A DNA stretch of 64,000 bases, from contig JAZUKZ010000037.1 of NCBI GenBank assembly GCA_045643545.1, positions 2,497-66,496 on the forward strand. The letters are read 5' to 3'. Each line of letters starts with the position of its first letter. Within the stretch, counting starts at the first letter, position 1. Both the position numbers and the translations under genes were made by a program. Below, piece after piece: positions 36,185 through 47,522 of this stretch. The notes beneath the pieces were generated by a model. The model worked only from the letters and a program-made list of their open reading frames with translations, had not been told where the DNA came from and ran no database searches. Origin of the DNA: Candidatus Aphodosoma sp. GTDB taxonomy: Bacteria; Bacteroidota; Bacteroidia; Bacteroidales; Paludibacteraceae.

Positions 36185-36832
36185 ATGAAGAGAAAATTAG
36201 TTGTTTTTGACTTGGACGGGACGTTGCTCAATACGTATGCTGATATTGCAGCGGCGACTAATCAGGCATTGGCGAAGAGGGGATATCCGACTCACAGTGT
36301 GGCTGTTATAAAGAGTTTTGTGGGTAATGGAATAAACAAACTGTTTGAGAGGGCATTGCCTGAGGGGCATAAAGATGAATTTCTGGAGATTAGGAAGGAT
36401 TTCATTCCTTATTATAATGAGCATGGAACGGATTTTACTTTTCCGTTCGAGGGGATTGTGGAGGCACTCTATACGCTGCAGAGGATGGGGTTGAAGATTG
36501 GGGTGGCGTCCAATAAGTATCAGCAGGCGACGCAGCATCTGATGGAGTGTTATTTTCCTGAGATAGAGTTTGCTGCAGTTATAGGACAGAGAGATGGGGT
36601 TGCAACTAAGCCTGATCCGGGGATTGTGTATGAGATTATGAATGCTGCCGGTGTGGTGGACAAAGAGGAGGTTTTGTATGTGGGAGACTCTGGGGTGGAT
36701 ATGGAGACCGCCAAGAATGCCGGGGTGGATGCCGTAGGGGTTACTTGGGGATGCAGAACTCGCGAAGAATTAGAGAGTTATGGTCCTTTGGCCGTGGTTG
36801 ATAGATGTGAGGATATTTTTTTGCATATATAA
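36185..36832 (+). CDS. HAD-family hydrolase (phosphoglycolate phosphatase-like)
   Basis: DLDGTL motif I, SNK motif II region, GDSGVD motif III. Confidence 0.8.
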   Translation: MKRKLVVFDLDGTLLNTYADIAAATNQALAKRGYPTHSVAVIKSFVGNGINKLFERALPEGHKDEFLEIRKDFIPYYNEHGTDFTFPFEGIVEALYTLQRMGLKIGVASNKYQQATQHLMECYFPEIEFAAVIGQRDGVATKPDPGIVYEIMNAAGVVDKEEVLYVGDSGVDMETAKNAGVDAVGVTWGCRTREELESYGPLAVVDRCEDIFLHI

Positions 36833-36843
36833 AATTATTTTTG

Positions 36844-36851
36844 TAACTTTG
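36844..36851 (+). promoter_or_regulatory. -7 box TAacTTTG ahead of the acyl-CoA ligase gene
   Basis: TAACTTTG, 27 nt before the ATG at 36878. Confidence 0.4.
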
Positions 36852-36877
36852 CAGCCGAAAAAATAAAGATATATAAG

Positions 36878-38617
36878 ATGGTTACAGACAACCTTGTAAG
36901 ATTGATAGAGTCGTCGGTGAAGTCCAATTGGGATTTGCCGGCTATGACTGATTATTCGGATAAAAATACGGTGACTTACAGCGAGATGGCTAAGAAAATC
37001 GCGTGGCTTCATGTGGCATTTTCGGCTATGGGTCTTGAGAAGGGTGACCGTGTGGCTTTGTGCGGAAAGAATGGCATAAACTGGGGTATAACATATTTGG
37101 CAACAATTACTTATGGTGCTGTGATAGTGCCTATATTGCAGGATTTTAATCCTAGTGATATTGAGCATATCATCAACCATTCTGATGCTAAGCTTTTGGT
37201 GACGAGTGATAATATTTGGAGTAATCTGCAGGAGGATAGTTTGCTTTATATCATTGGAGCTCTGTCGCTTAAGGATTTCAGTTTGTTTTATGCGAAACTG
37301 AAGGAGTATTCTGAGACTGAGAGAGAGGCGAGACTTTTGCAAGGGTTGCCGGTGGATGGTGGTAAAGAGCCTAAGCTTAAGAGAGTTATGGATGAGATGG
37401 ATAGATTGATGGCTGAGGCTTTTCCGAATGGTTTTGGTATGGCAGACGTGCTTTATCCTACGATTCCTAATTCGGAGTTGGCATGTATTTCGTATACCAG
37501 TGGAACGACTGGATATTCGAAAGGCGTGATGCTGTCGCACAATGCTTTGGCGGGAAATATACAGTTTGGAATTTCGACTCATCTGGAGTTCCCTGGGTGC
37601 AGGGTTCTGTCGTTTTTGCCTTTGGCGCATGTGTTTGGATGTACATATGATTTTCTTTGCAATATGTGTTGTGGCGGTCAGACGTATTTCCTTGGAAAGG
37701 TGCCGTCTCCAAAGATTTTGCTTCAGGCATTGGCCGAGGTTAAACCTCACATGATTTTCAGTGTCCCATTGGTAATAGAGAAGATTTATTCAAAGGTGAT
37801 CAGACCTATGCTTGAGACAAGGGGCATGAAGTGGGCGTTGCAGATACCTCTTATTGACAATCAGATACTTGCGCAGATAAATAAGAAGTTGACTGAGGCT
37901 TTGGGCGGTGAGTTTACTGAAGTGATTGTCGGTGGTGCTCCTATGAATCCTGAGGCTGAGAATTTCTTTAAGAAAATTGGTTTCAGATTTACGGTGGGCT
38001 ATGGAATGACCGAGTGTGCGCCGCTTATAAGTTACACTAAACCACAGGAATACAAGATAAATTCTGTAGGAAAACTGTTGCCAAACATGGAGGCGAAGAT
38101 TGATTCGCTTGATCCGCAGAATGAGGTGGGAGAGATTTTGGTGCGCGGAGAGAATGTCATGATGGGATACTACAAGAACGAAGAGGCGACTAAGGCCGTT
38201 CTGGATGAAGACGGATGGCTTCATACCGGAGATATGGGAACCATGGATTATGACGGAACCCTTTATATCAGAGGCCGTAACAAGAATATGCTGCTTGGAC
38301 CAAGCGGTCAGAATATTTATCCTGAGGAGATTGAGGCTAAGTTGAACAATATGCCGTATGTGCTTGAGAGCCTGGTGATTCAGATGTCTGACAATAGACT
38401 GATGGCATTGGTGGTTCCAGATTACCAGATGGTTGATGCAGCGAAGATGAGTCATGCTGATGTTAAGAATGTGATGGAAGAGAACCGCAAGGCACTCAAT
38501 GCTTTAACAGCATCATATGAAAGTATCGCTGTGATAAAGGTTCATCCTAATGAGTTTGAGAAGACTCCTAAGAAGTCAATCAAGAGATTTCTTTATACTG
38601 GACTTGGAAAAATTTAA
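36878..38617 (+). CDS. AMP-dependent synthetase/ligase (long-chain-fatty-acid-CoA ligase type)
   Basis: YTSGTTGYSKGV AMP-binding motif, GYGMTE, TGDMG motifs. Confidence 0.85.
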   Translation: MVTDNLVRLIESSVKSNWDLPAMTDYSDKNTVTYSEMAKKIAWLHVAFSAMGLEKGDRVALCGKNGINWGITYLATITYGAVIVPILQDFNPSDIEHIINHSDAKLLVTSDNIWSNLQEDSLLYIIGALSLKDFSLFYAKLKEYSETEREARLLQGLPVDGGKEPKLKRVMDEMDRLMAEAFPNGFGMADVLYPTIPNSELACISYTSGTTGYSKGVMLSHNALAGNIQFGISTHLEFPGCRVLSFLPLAHVFGCTYDFLCNMCCGGQTYFLGKVPSPKILLQALAEVKPHMIFSVPLVIEKIYSKVIRPMLETRGMKWALQIPLIDNQILAQINKKLTEALGGEFTEVIVGGAPMNPEAENFFKKIGFRFTVGYGMTECAPLISYTKPQEYKINSVGKLLPNMEAKIDSLDPQNEVGEILVRGENVMMGYYKNEEATKAVLDEDGWLHTGDMGTMDYDGTLYIRGRNKNMLLGPSGQNIYPEEIEAKLNNMPYVLESLVIQMSDNRLMALVVPDYQMVDAAKMSHADVKNVMEENRKALNALTASYESIAVIKVHPNEFEKTPKKSIKRFLYTGLGKI

Positions 38618-38628
38618 AGATAAAAGCT

Positions 38629-39366
38629 ATGAAAAAAGTAGTATTATTGGCTTTATTGCTAGTTATGGGACTTGCTGCAGAGGCAGGAGTCGTTAACCAT
38701 GACAAAATGTTTGCCGCCTATCTCAAGGGAGATTTGGCGACATGGAAGAGTGAATTGACCTGCTATGTAGCGTCTGACAATCTGACATTTGAGGACAAGT
38801 GCGACATAGCAAATTATCTGTATGGCTACATAGGATTCATCCTTGACAGCGGTGCCAAGCAGGCAGAGCTTGAGGGCTGGTTCAAGTATCTGGACAGCTA
38901 TGTGGAAGAGATGCTCAAGCATGAGGAGACAAAATCAATGGGACATCTCTATAAAGCTGGTGCATACGCATTTAAGGCAAAATCCTACAAAGGGAAGTTG
39001 GTTTCATACGGAGTGAAATCGCTCAGCGAACTTGAAGAAGCTTTGAAAATAAATCCAAACAACCCAATAGCGATAGGCTTGAAGGGTAATGTGAAGTTCT
39101 ATGCTCCAAAGATGCTTGGCGGCAACAAAGAGAAAGCCCTTGGTTATTATCTGAAGGCCGTGAAGTTGCTCACAGGACAGTGTCCAAAAGTTTATAAGTG
39201 GAATTATTGGGCATTAAAACTTTGTGTAGTAGAGGCATATGTAGGATTGGGACAAAAAGAGAAAGCAGAAGCATATTATCAGGCAACAATGAAAGCGCAG
39301 CCAGGATTCACACTTTTGAAGAAATCATATGAGAGTGGTAATTTTGGCAATCATGTGACTGAATAA
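38629..39366 (+). CDS. secreted helical-repeat (TPR-like) hypothetical protein
   Basis: Signal peptide; helical, Ala/Lys/Tyr-rich repeats; no family recognised. Confidence 0.45.
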   Translation: MKKVVLLALLLVMGLAAEAGVVNHDKMFAAYLKGDLATWKSELTCYVASDNLTFEDKCDIANYLYGYIGFILDSGAKQAELEGWFKYLDSYVEEMLKHEETKSMGHLYKAGAYAFKAKSYKGKLVSYGVKSLSELEEALKINPNNPIAIGLKGNVKFYAPKMLGGNKEKALGYYLKAVKLLTGQCPKVYKWNYWALKLCVVEAYVGLGQKEKAEAYYQATMKAQPGFTLLKKSYESGNFGNHVTE

Positions 39367-39395
39367 TTGGTTTTTATAAAATAATAATAAATAAA

Positions 39396-41435
39396 ATGAA
39401 CGGTAAAATCGGAGTAACGACGGATAATATTTTCCCCGTCATCAAGAAATTTCTTTACAGCGATCACGAGATTTTTCTTCGCGAGTTGGTTTCAAATGCC
39501 GTTGATGCGACGCAGAAATTAAAAACATTATCATCAGTAGGTGAGTACAAAGAAGAACTTGGCAAACTGATAGTGGAAGTTAAAGCCGATAAAGAGGCAA
39601 AAACATTGACAATCAGTGACCGAGGCGTCGGAATGACAGCAGAAGAGATTGAGAAATACATCAATCAGATAGCATTTTCAGGCGCGACAGAGTTTTTGGA
39701 TAAGTACAAAGACGATGCCAATGCAATAATTGGTCATTTCGGTTTGGGATTCTACTCAGCTTTCATGGTATCAGAGAGAGTAGAGATTTTTACAAAATCG
39801 TATAAAGGAGAGCCAGCACAACACTGGTCATGCGATGGTTCGCCAGAATATATTCTCGAAGAGACAGACAAAACAGAGAGAGGAACAGACATAGTGCTTC
39901 ATGTTGATGAAGAGAACCTTGAGTTCCTTGAAGAAGGCAAGATAGAGGGACTCTTGAAGAAATACTGCAAGTTCCTGCCAGTAGAGATTGCATTCGGTAA
40001 GAAGAAAGAGTGGAAAGACGGCAAAGAGACAGAGACTGACGAGCCAAACATCATTAACAACGTCAATCCAGCATGGACTAGAAAACCAGCGGATTTGAAA
40101 GATGAGGATTACGATACATTCTACCGCGAGCTTTATCCATTTGCCGAAGATCCGTTGTTCCATATCCATCTCAATGTAGATTATCCATTCAACCTGACAG
40201 GTATCCTTTATTTCCCAAGGATTCACGAGCATATTGCATTAGAGAAAAACAAGATACAACTTTATTGCAATCAGGTTTATGTAACAGATCAGGTGGAAGG
40301 AATAGTGCCAGAGTACCTGACACTCATGCATGGTGTGATAGATTCACCAGATATTCCGTTGAATGTCAGCCGTTCATATCTTCAGTCAGATCAGAACGTC
40401 AAGAAAATCTCAAATCACATCACCAAGAAAGTTGCTGACAAATTGGCAGATATCTTCAAGAATGACAGAAAACAGTTTGAAGAAAAGTGGGATGATTTGA
40501 AGATATTCATAGTATTCGGCATGCTGACCGATGAGAAATTCTATGATAAAGCCAAAGAGTTTGCACTTTACAAGAATGTAGATGGCAAGTATTTTACATT
40601 TGACGAATATAAAGCGTTGATAGAGAGCGAGCAGACTGACAAAGACGGTCAGCTCGTATGCCTCTATGCCCATGATACAGAAGAGCAGCATGTTTACATT
40701 GAGTCAGCGCGTCAGAAAGGTTATGACGTTTTGCTGATGGACGGACAACTCGATTCACATTGGTTGGCACAGGCAGAACAAAAGCACGAAAAGACAAAAT
40801 TTGTCAGAGTGGACAGCGATGTGATAGACCGTTTGATTGTGAAAGAAGAGACAAACAAGCTTGACTGGACCAATGAGCAGAAACAGTCGATGACATCCAT
40901 ATTCCAGGCAGCCATGCCAAAGATAGACAAGACAGAGTTCATGGTAAGCGTTGAGGCAATGGGCGAGAACCAGTTGCCAGTGGTGCTGACGCAGAACGAG
41001 TGGATGCGTAGAATGAAAGAGATGGCTCAGAACGGTGGCGGACAGCAGATGATGTTCTACGGCGAGATGCCAAACAGTTATTCAGTAGTGCTTAATGCAT
41101 CGCATAGATTGATACAGGATGCCCTGAAGGCAGAAGAGGCAAGTGCAGAGGCAGAGTTGAAACCTATAGCCGATGAACTCAAAGAGCTCGACAAGAAGAA
41201 ACTTGAACTCAAGAAAAAGAAAGAAGACGAGCGCACTGCCGAGGAAAGAGACCAGTTGACTGAAACAGAGAAGAGAATCAATGAGTTGGGCGAGAAGAAA
41301 GCAGCCATCTATGCTGATTTCGTAAAGAACAACCCAAAAGTAGGTCAAGTGGTAGATTTGGCACTCCTGTCAGCAGGATTGCTGAAAGGCAAAGCATTGG
41401 CAGATTTTGTGTGCAGATCAGTTGACTTGATTTAA
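39396..41435 (+). CDS. htpG: molecular chaperone HtpG (Hsp90)
   Basis: FLRELVSNAVDA and DRGVGMT GHKL motifs, 679 aa. Confidence 0.95.
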   Translation: MNGKIGVTTDNIFPVIKKFLYSDHEIFLRELVSNAVDATQKLKTLSSVGEYKEELGKLIVEVKADKEAKTLTISDRGVGMTAEEIEKYINQIAFSGATEFLDKYKDDANAIIGHFGLGFYSAFMVSERVEIFTKSYKGEPAQHWSCDGSPEYILEETDKTERGTDIVLHVDEENLEFLEEGKIEGLLKKYCKFLPVEIAFGKKKEWKDGKETETDEPNIINNVNPAWTRKPADLKDEDYDTFYRELYPFAEDPLFHIHLNVDYPFNLTGILYFPRIHEHIALEKNKIQLYCNQVYVTDQVEGIVPEYLTLMHGVIDSPDIPLNVSRSYLQSDQNVKKISNHITKKVADKLADIFKNDRKQFEEKWDDLKIFIVFGMLTDEKFYDKAKEFALYKNVDGKYFTFDEYKALIESEQTDKDGQLVCLYAHDTEEQHVYIESARQKGYDVLLMDGQLDSHWLAQAEQKHEKTKFVRVDSDVIDRLIVKEETNKLDWTNEQKQSMTSIFQAAMPKIDKTEFMVSVEAMGENQLPVVLTQNEWMRRMKEMAQNGGGQQMMFYGEMPNSYSVVLNASHRLIQDALKAEEASAEAELKPIADELKELDKKKLELKKKKEDERTAEERDQLTETEKRINELGEKKAAIYADFVKNNPKVGQVVDLALLSAGLLKGKALADFVCRSVDLI

Positions 41436-41484
41436 GTTGGCATGATTTTTGAGGTAATAAATTAACACATAAAAAGAATTGAGT

Positions 41485-42693
41485 ATGCTTAAACCCAAAA
41501 TAGAATTACAAGAAACATTGTCAAAGCAGATATACAATGCTTTGCAAGGCGAAGTAGTTGAAGAAATCTTGAAAGAGGCAAAGACATCAGATGCAGACAA
41601 CTACTGGAAAAATACGATGGAAGGTCAGAGTTTCAAAGTGGAGAGAAGATTGCTGCAGAGACTTTATGACATGTTCTACGAGGTAAAAGACAAACTCAAT
41701 TACACAGAAAATGTTGATTTTTATGTGACCGGAGACTCATCGGTGAATGCCTTTTCCGTGGCATCAGAGAAAGAAGGTGAGCCACATATCGTCAATGTCA
41801 ATTCAGCATTGGTTGAGTTGATGTCAGACGATGAGTTGAAGTTTGTGATAGGACATGAACTCGGACACCTCATCAATCAAGACACCAGACTGAGGAGACT
41901 CATATCCTTTGTATATCCAAATATGGCGGTGATGCCGACAGCCATGATTCATAAAGTCAGACTTGAAGAGCAGTTGGCAGAACTTGTGGCAGACCGTTAT
42001 GGCTATATGGCAGTAGGAAGTCTCGAGCCATGCGTATCAGCATTCTTCAAGATGGCTTCAGGATTGGATATCTCCAAGATGCATATTGATCTGGATGTTC
42101 TGCTCGAAGAGAATATGAAACACCTTGAGTATTTCCTCAATGACAAAGGCACCAGTATGGATACCCATCCAGTGCATCCAATCAGAGTGCAGTCGCTCAA
42201 TCTTTTCTCCAAGTGCAAGAGCAACAAAGCCTTGACAAAAGAGATGGATCCTCTGATACAGATATTGCTCAAAGTTGGAACAACATCAACTGACTATTAT
42301 TTGGCAAGATTCATTGCTTCAGCCGGTCTTATAGTTGCATCGTCTGACGAAGAGATTGACGACAAAGAGCTTGAACTCATAATGAACAATCTCGCCGAGA
42401 CACAGATGTTCCCAATGACATTCATTGAAGAGATAAACAAGAGCGACGACGTTATTGGAATTTTCAATGAGTCGATTGTCAAAGTGCTCGAGGACGATCC
42501 AATGATGAGAGAGGGAATGTTCAGGTACATGATAGACCTCGTGATGGTTGACAAACGTTTGAAGAAAGAAGAGATAGAATTGCTCTATATGATAGGAGAG
42601 AACAGTTTCGGATACTCACATAAAGAGGTTGCGATCATGCTGGCGGAGATGGTACAGACACATTTTCAGCCAAGTGTATACGAATTAAATTAA
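41485..42693 (+). CDS. M48-family zinc metallopeptidase fused to a TerB-like C-terminal domain
   Basis: HELGH zinc motif ([13 protein letters not shown]), no TM segment seen. C-terminal acidic helical repeats ([14 protein letters not shown]..., [12 protein letters not shown]) look TerB-like. ATG at 41485. Confidence 0.6.
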   Translation: MLKPKIELQETLSKQIYNALQGEVVEEILKEAKTSDADNYWKNTMEGQSFKVERRLLQRLYDMFYEVKDKLNYTENVDFYVTGDSSVNAFSVASEKEGEPHIVNVNSALVELMSDDELKFVIGHELGHLINQDTRLRRLISFVYPNMAVMPTAMIHKVRLEEQLAELVADRYGYMAVGSLEPCVSAFFKMASGLDISKMHIDLDVLLEENMKHLEYFLNDKGTSMDTHPVHPIRVQSLNLFSKCKSNKALTKEMDPLIQILLKVGTTSTDYYLARFIASAGLIVASSDEEIDDKELELIMNNLAETQMFPMTFIEEINKSDDVIGIFNESIVKVLEDDPMMREGMFRYMIDLVMVDKRLKKEEIELLYMIGENSFGYSHKEVAIMLAEMVQTHFQPSVYELN

Positions 42694-42703
42694 AAACAGT
42701 TAT

Positions 42704-45700
42704 ATGTCATTTACAGGATTTTTGTCGGGAATTTTCGGGAACAAAGCCGAGCGCGATGTGAAAGAAGTGATGCCCGAAGTGGAGAAGATCAAGGCTCTGG
42801 AACCAGAGATAAAAGTATTGTCGAATGACGGGTTGAGAGCCCGTTCGGCAGCCTTGAGAGAGCAAATACAGAAAGCAGTAGAAGAAGACAAACGCAAAAT
42901 CGAGGAACTCAAAGGTCAGATAGAGAGTACCGACATTGAGAAGCGTGACAAAATCTACGAAGAGATAGACAAGATAGACAAGCGCATGCTCGAGACCTAC
43001 GAGAGAGAACTCGACAAAGTGCTTCCAGAGGCATTTGCCATAGTAAAAGATACTGCAAGACGTTTTGCAGCGGCAGAGACAGTTGAAGTGACGGCAACAG
43101 ATTTCGACCGTCAGTTGGCCGTTGACCATGATTTCGTCACAATAGAGGGTGACAAAGCCATCTACAACACAGAGTGGGAGTCCGGAGGCAATATGCACAG
43201 ATGGGACATGGTGCACTACGACGTCCAGTTGATAGGTGGTGTAGTACTCCACAGGGGCAAGATAGCCGAGATGGCAACCGGTGAGGGAAAGACACTCGTA
43301 GCGACACTGCCAGTGTTCCTCAACGCGTTGACTGGCAATGGCGTGCATGTAGTCACAGTCAACGACTATTTGGCAAAACGTGATGCCGAGTGGATGGGAC
43401 CTCTCTATATGTTCCATGGTTTGTCGGTAGATTGTATTGACAAGTACAAGCCAAACAGCGAAGAGAGAAGAAAAGCCTACAATTCAGACATCACATTCGG
43501 AACGAACAACGAGTTCGGTTTTGACTATTTGAGGGACAACATGGCCATCTCGCCATCAGACCTTGTGCAGAGAAGACATAATTATGCGATTGTCGATGAG
43601 GTCGATTCAGTCCTGATTGATGATGCCCGTACTCCATTGATCATCAGCGGTCCAGTGCCAAAGGGTGAAGACCAACTCTTTGATGAGTACAAAGCCAGAG
43701 TAGAGGCATTGGTAAAGAAGCAGACCGTCATGGCCTCGCAGTACCTCAATGAGGCAAAGGCAAAAATCGATTCAGAGGACAAGACTGTTGCAGAAGAGGG
43801 TGCGGTGGCACTTTTCAGAGCCTACAAAGCGATGCCAAGGTCAAAGACCTTAATCAAATTCCTCTCAGAGCCAGGCATGAAACAGCGAATGCTCAAGACA
43901 GAGGAGTTCTTCATGCAAGAGAACAACAAAAATATGCATGTCGCTACTGATCCTTTGTATTTCGTCATTGACGAGAAACTCAACTCCATTGACCTTACGG
44001 ACAAAGGTATTGACGCATTGACTGGCGTAACTGAAGACTCACAGTTCTTTGTGCTGCCAGATGTGGGCAGTGAGATTGCAGAGATTGAGAAATCGAACAT
44101 GACTGCAGAAGAGAAGAGGGCAAAGAAAGATGAAGCACTGATGAACTATGCAGTCAAGTCAGAGCGAATCCATACAGTGAACCAGTTGCTCAAAGCATAT
44201 ACACTCTTCTTCCTTGGAGACCAGTATATCGTAAAAGACAACCAAGTCCTGATTGTCGATGAGCAGACAGGCCGTATCATGGACGGACGCCGATACAGCG
44301 ACGGACTCCATCAGGCACTGGAGGCAAAGGAAGGTGTGAAAGTCGAGGCTGCAACCCAGACATTCGCAACCATTACATTGCAGAACTACTTCAGAATGTA
44401 CCACAAACTCTCAGGAATGACCGGTACGGCAGAGACAGAGGCGGGAGAGCTTTGGGACATTTATAAACTCGATGTAGTGATAATCCCAACCAACAGGCCA
44501 ATTGCCCGTATTGATATGGAAGACCGTATCTACAAGACAAAGAAAGACAAAGAGAATGCAGTGATTGAAGAGATTGTTAGACTCGTGTCGGAGGGAAGGC
44601 CAGTGCTTGTGGGTACAACATCTGTAGAGAATTCAGAGACCTTGTCAAGAAAGTTGACTGTAAGAAAGATTGCCCATAACGTTCTCAATGCCAAGTTGCA
44701 CCAGAGAGAGGCTGATATTGTGGCAGAGGCAGGTAAGTCGGGAACAGTTACAATCGCAACCAACATGGCAGGTCGTGGTACCGATATCAAACTTACGCCA
44801 GAAGTAAAAGAGGCAGGCGGTTTGGCAATTATCGGTACTGAACGTCATGAGTCCCGCCGTGTGGACCGTCAGTTGCGTGGTCGTTCGGGACGTCAGGGAG
44901 ATGTCGGTTCGTCAGTATTCTTCGTATCACTCGAGGATAACCTTCTTCGTCTGTTCGGTTCCGACAGAATCTCCAAAGTCATGGACAAGATGGGATTTGA
45001 GGAAGGCGAGATGATTGAACATCCAATGATTTCCAAGTCAATAGAGAGAGCCCAGAAGAAAGTAGAGGAGAACAACTTCGGTATCCGAAAGAGACTCCTT
45101 GAGTATGATGACGTGATGAACAAGCAGAGAACAGTGGTTTATGCGAGAAGACGTCATGCATTGATGGGCGAGAGAGTCGGAGTGGATATCGTCAACACAT
45201 TATATGATACACTTGAGGCAATAGTAAACGATGCTTATCAGGGCAATGACTATGAAGGTTTCCGTCAGGATATGATGGAGTATTTCGCAATGGAGCCATC
45301 TATTACCGCAGAGCAGTTCCATGCGATGAGACCACAGAGGATAGTTGACCAGTTGTCGGAGGAAGTATTCGCGACTTTCAAGCGTAAGATGGATAGACTG
45401 GCAGAGGTGGCACATCCAGTGATAGTCAATGTATTTGAGAATCAGGGTGCACAGTATGACAAGATCCTTGTGCCTGTGACTGACGGAAGAAAAGTCTATA
45501 ATATCCCTGTTGACTTGAAGAAAGCATACGAGTCAGAGTCGAAAGAAGTTATCAAAGAGTTTGAGAAAGTATTATTGCTCAAGACCATAGATGACGGTTG
45601 GATGGAGAACATCCGCGAACTCGAAGAGTTGAGACATTCAGTGCAGAATGCCACATACGAGCAGAAAGACCCACTGTTGATTTATAAAGTAGAGTCGTCG

Positions 45701-46030
45701 AACCTATTCATGGCCATGATAGCAGAGTGCAACAAGAAGATTACCTCTGTTCTGATGAGGGCGCAGATTTATGTGCGTGACCCATCGCAGGTCAAGAGGG
45801 CAGACAAGCCACGCAGGGCTGATTACAGCAAGTATTCCGCTTCGAAGCAGGAGCAGGGATCTTTGCTGAACAGAGGTGCTGCGGCTGCTGCCGGCAGAGA
45901 CACCAGAGAGAATCAGGTGACTCAGCCTATCAGATCGACCAAGACAGTCGGAAGAAATGACCCTTGTCCTTGCGGCTCAGGCAAGAAATACAAGAACTGC
46001 TGCGGACGCAATGACAATTCGGCAGAATGA
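42704..46030 (+). CDS. secA: preprotein translocase ATPase SecA
   Basis: [10 protein letters not shown] Walker [21 protein letters not shown]-terminal [14 protein letters not shown] zinc motif. Confidence 0.95.
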   Translation: MSFTGFLSGIFGNKAERDVKEVMPEVEKIKALEPEIKVLSNDGLRARSAALREQIQKAVEEDKRKIEELKGQIESTDIEKRDKIYEEIDKIDKRMLETYERELDKVLPEAFAIVKDTARRFAAAETVEVTATDFDRQLAVDHDFVTIEGDKAIYNTEWESGGNMHRWDMVHYDVQLIGGVVLHRGKIAEMATGEGKTLVATLPVFLNALTGNGVHVVTVNDYLAKRDAEWMGPLYMFHGLSVDCIDKYKPNSEERRKAYNSDITFGTNNEFGFDYLRDNMAISPSDLVQRRHNYAIVDEVDSVLIDDARTPLIISGPVPKGEDQLFDEYKARVEALVKKQTVMASQYLNEAKAKIDSEDKTVAEEGAVALFRAYKAMPRSKTLIKFLSEPGMKQRMLKTEEFFMQENNKNMHVATDPLYFVIDEKLNSIDLTDKGIDALTGVTEDSQFFVLPDVGSEIAEIEKSNMTAEEKRAKKDEALMNYAVKSERIHTVNQLLKAYTLFFLGDQYIVKDNQVLIVDEQTGRIMDGRRYSDGLHQALEAKEGVKVEAATQTFATITLQNYFRMYHKLSGMTGTAETEAGELWDIYKLDVVIIPTNRPIARIDMEDRIYKTKKDKENAVIEEIVRLVSEGRPVLVGTTSVENSETLSRKLTVRKIAHNVLNAKLHQREADIVAEAGKSGTVTIATNMAGRGTDIKLTPEVKEAGGLAIIGTERHESRRVDRQLRGRSGRQGDVGSSVFFVSLEDNLLRLFGSDRISKVMDKMGFEEGEMIEHPMISKSIERAQKKVEENNFGIRKRLLEYDDVMNKQRTVVYARRRHALMGERVGVDIVNTLYDTLEAIVNDAYQGNDYEGFRQDMMEYFAMEPSITAEQFHAMRPQRIVDQLSEEVFATFKRKMDRLAEVAHPVIVNVFENQGAQYDKILVPVTDGRKVYNIPVDLKKAYESESKEVIKEFEKVLLLKTIDDGWMENIRELEELRHSVQNATYEQKDPLLIYKVESSNLFMAMIAECNKKITSVLMRAQIYVRDPSQVKRADKPRRADYSKYSASKQEQGSLLNRGAAAAAGRDTRENQVTQPIRSTKTVGRNDPCPCGSGKKYKNCCGRNDNSAE

Positions 46031-46746
46031 TTTTTGATCCAGAGAAGTACAATACAATGGACTATTTCCAGGGAGATCCTGTGGAGGTAGTCCATCGTTG
46101 TGCGAATAAAAGAGACATAGAAGTGATGGGCGTTGTCTGCTCGTGGCTTGCTTTCGGCAATAGGAAACTCATACATAAGAAGTGCGAAGAGACATGGGAG
46201 ATGATGGAAGGGAAACCTTTTGATTATGTGATGAGTGAGAAATGGAGGAAGATGTCGGGCGACGGCGGCTGTTATTACAGAATGCTCAGGAAAAACGATT
46301 TTGCGGAGCTCATGGGCAGACTCAAAGAAGTCTATGAGATGCATGAATCGCTGGAAGATGCTGTCTGTGAAGGACTTAGCGGGGATTATTCTACTGAGGA
46401 ATTGATAGGTGCTTTGTGCAAGACATTGAGAGCCAATGGAATACCAAAAGACACCAAGTCTGCTTGCAAGAGACTGGCGCTTTTTCTGAGGTGGATGGTG
46501 AGAGATGACGGCAAAGTTGATTTCGGAATTTGGAAGAAGATTGACAAGAAGAAGTTGCTCATGCCGATGGACGTCCATGTGGTGAAGGTGGCGAGAGAGA
46601 AGGGATTTTTGGAGAGGACAACAGTTGATATGAAAGCCGCTTTGGCCTTGACCGAAGAGTGCAGGAAGTATTTTCCTGATGATCCGGTGGCTATGGATTT
46701 TGCACTTTTTACTCCGGATATAGAAGGCATAGAAGAGGCTCGTTAA
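46027..46746 (+). CDS. TIGR02757/DUF2400-like uncharacterised protein
   Basis: 239 aa. ATG overlaps the secA stop (ATGA). [18 protein letters not shown] helix-hairpin-like segment. Family recalled from memory only. Confidence 0.5.
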   Translation: MIFDPEKYNTMDYFQGDPVEVVHRCANKRDIEVMGVVCSWLAFGNRKLIHKKCEETWEMMEGKPFDYVMSEKWRKMSGDGGCYYRMLRKNDFAELMGRLKEVYEMHESLEDAVCEGLSGDYSTEELIGALCKTLRANGIPKDTKSACKRLALFLRWMVRDDGKVDFGIWKKIDKKKLLMPMDVHVVKVAREKGFLERTTVDMKAALALTEECRKYFPDDPVAMDFALFTPDIEGIEEAR

Positions 46747-46790
46747 TGTTACGGCAATGTTACGGAGCGGCCTTGGATGGAATATTTTTG
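46737..46790 (+). repeat. F1 intergenic element copy 3 (two iterons)
   Basis: GGCTCGTTAATGTTACGGCAATGTTACGGAGCGGCCTTGGATGGAATATTTTTG; its TAA (46744-46746) is the stop codon of the upstream CDS. Confidence 0.9.
46783..46790 (+). promoter_or_regulatory. -7 box TAttTTTG at the 3' end of F1 copy 3
   Basis: Perfect TAnnTTTG 33 nt before the ATG at 46824. Confidence 0.45.
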
Positions 46791-46823
46791 TTTGAGAAAA
46801 GAAATTTAAATATTATTAGAGAT

Positions 46824-47516
46824 ATGATTTATTCAAAAGAAGTAGAGAACATGTGCGTTGTTGCGAAGGGTGCGAATCACCCCTCTGCTCCAATTCCCGA
46901 AGAGGGAAAATGGGTGCGCGCACGTGAGATTAAAGACATTTCGGGTTTGACCCATGGAATTGGATGGTGCGCTCCACAGCAGGGTGCCTGCAAGTTGACG
47001 CTGAACGTGAAAGACGGAATCATTCAAGAGGCTCTTGTTGAGACACTTGGATGTTCTGGTATGACTCATTCCGCTGCTATGGCTTCGGAGATTCTTCCTG
47101 GCAAGACGTTGCTTGAGGCTTTGAATACCGATTTGGTTTGTGATGCTATCAATACTGCGATGAGAGAGTTGTTCCTGCAGATTGTCTATGGCCGTACACA
47201 GTCGGCATTCTCAGAGGGCGGACTGATGGTCGGTGCCTCGCTTGAGGATCTCGGCAAGGGTGTCCGCTCGCAGGTCGGAACAATGTTCGGCACATTGGCA
47301 AAAGGTCCACGTTATCTTGAGATGGCTGAGGGTTACTGCACCAAGATGGCCCTTGATGAGGATGGCGAAGTGATTGGTTATGAGTTTGTTCACATGGGCA
47401 AGTTCATGGATATGGTGAAGAAAGGAATGGATGCCAACGAGGCGCTTGAGAAGGCTAAGGGCTCGTACGGACGATTCAATGAGGCAGTTAAATTTATTGA
47501 CCCACGTAAACAGTAA
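46824..47516 (+). CDS. NifU/IscU-N-terminal-like iron-sulfur scaffold-type protein
   Basis: Cys-containing GWCAPQQGAC, TLGCSG and LVCDAIN in IscU-like order. Start is ATG 46824 (or 46851). The track start at 46746 lies inside the repeat. Confidence 0.6.
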   Translation: MIYSKEVENMCVVAKGANHPSAPIPEEGKWVRAREIKDISGLTHGIGWCAPQQGACKLTLNVKDGIIQEALVETLGCSGMTHSAAMASEILPGKTLLEALNTDLVCDAINTAMRELFLQIVYGRTQSAFSEGGLMVGASLEDLGKGVRSQVGTMFGTLAKGPRYLEMAEGYCTKMALDEDGEVIGYEFVHMGKFMDMVKKGMDANEALEKAKGSYGRFNEAVKFIDPRKQ

Positions 47517-47522
47517 AGAGAT

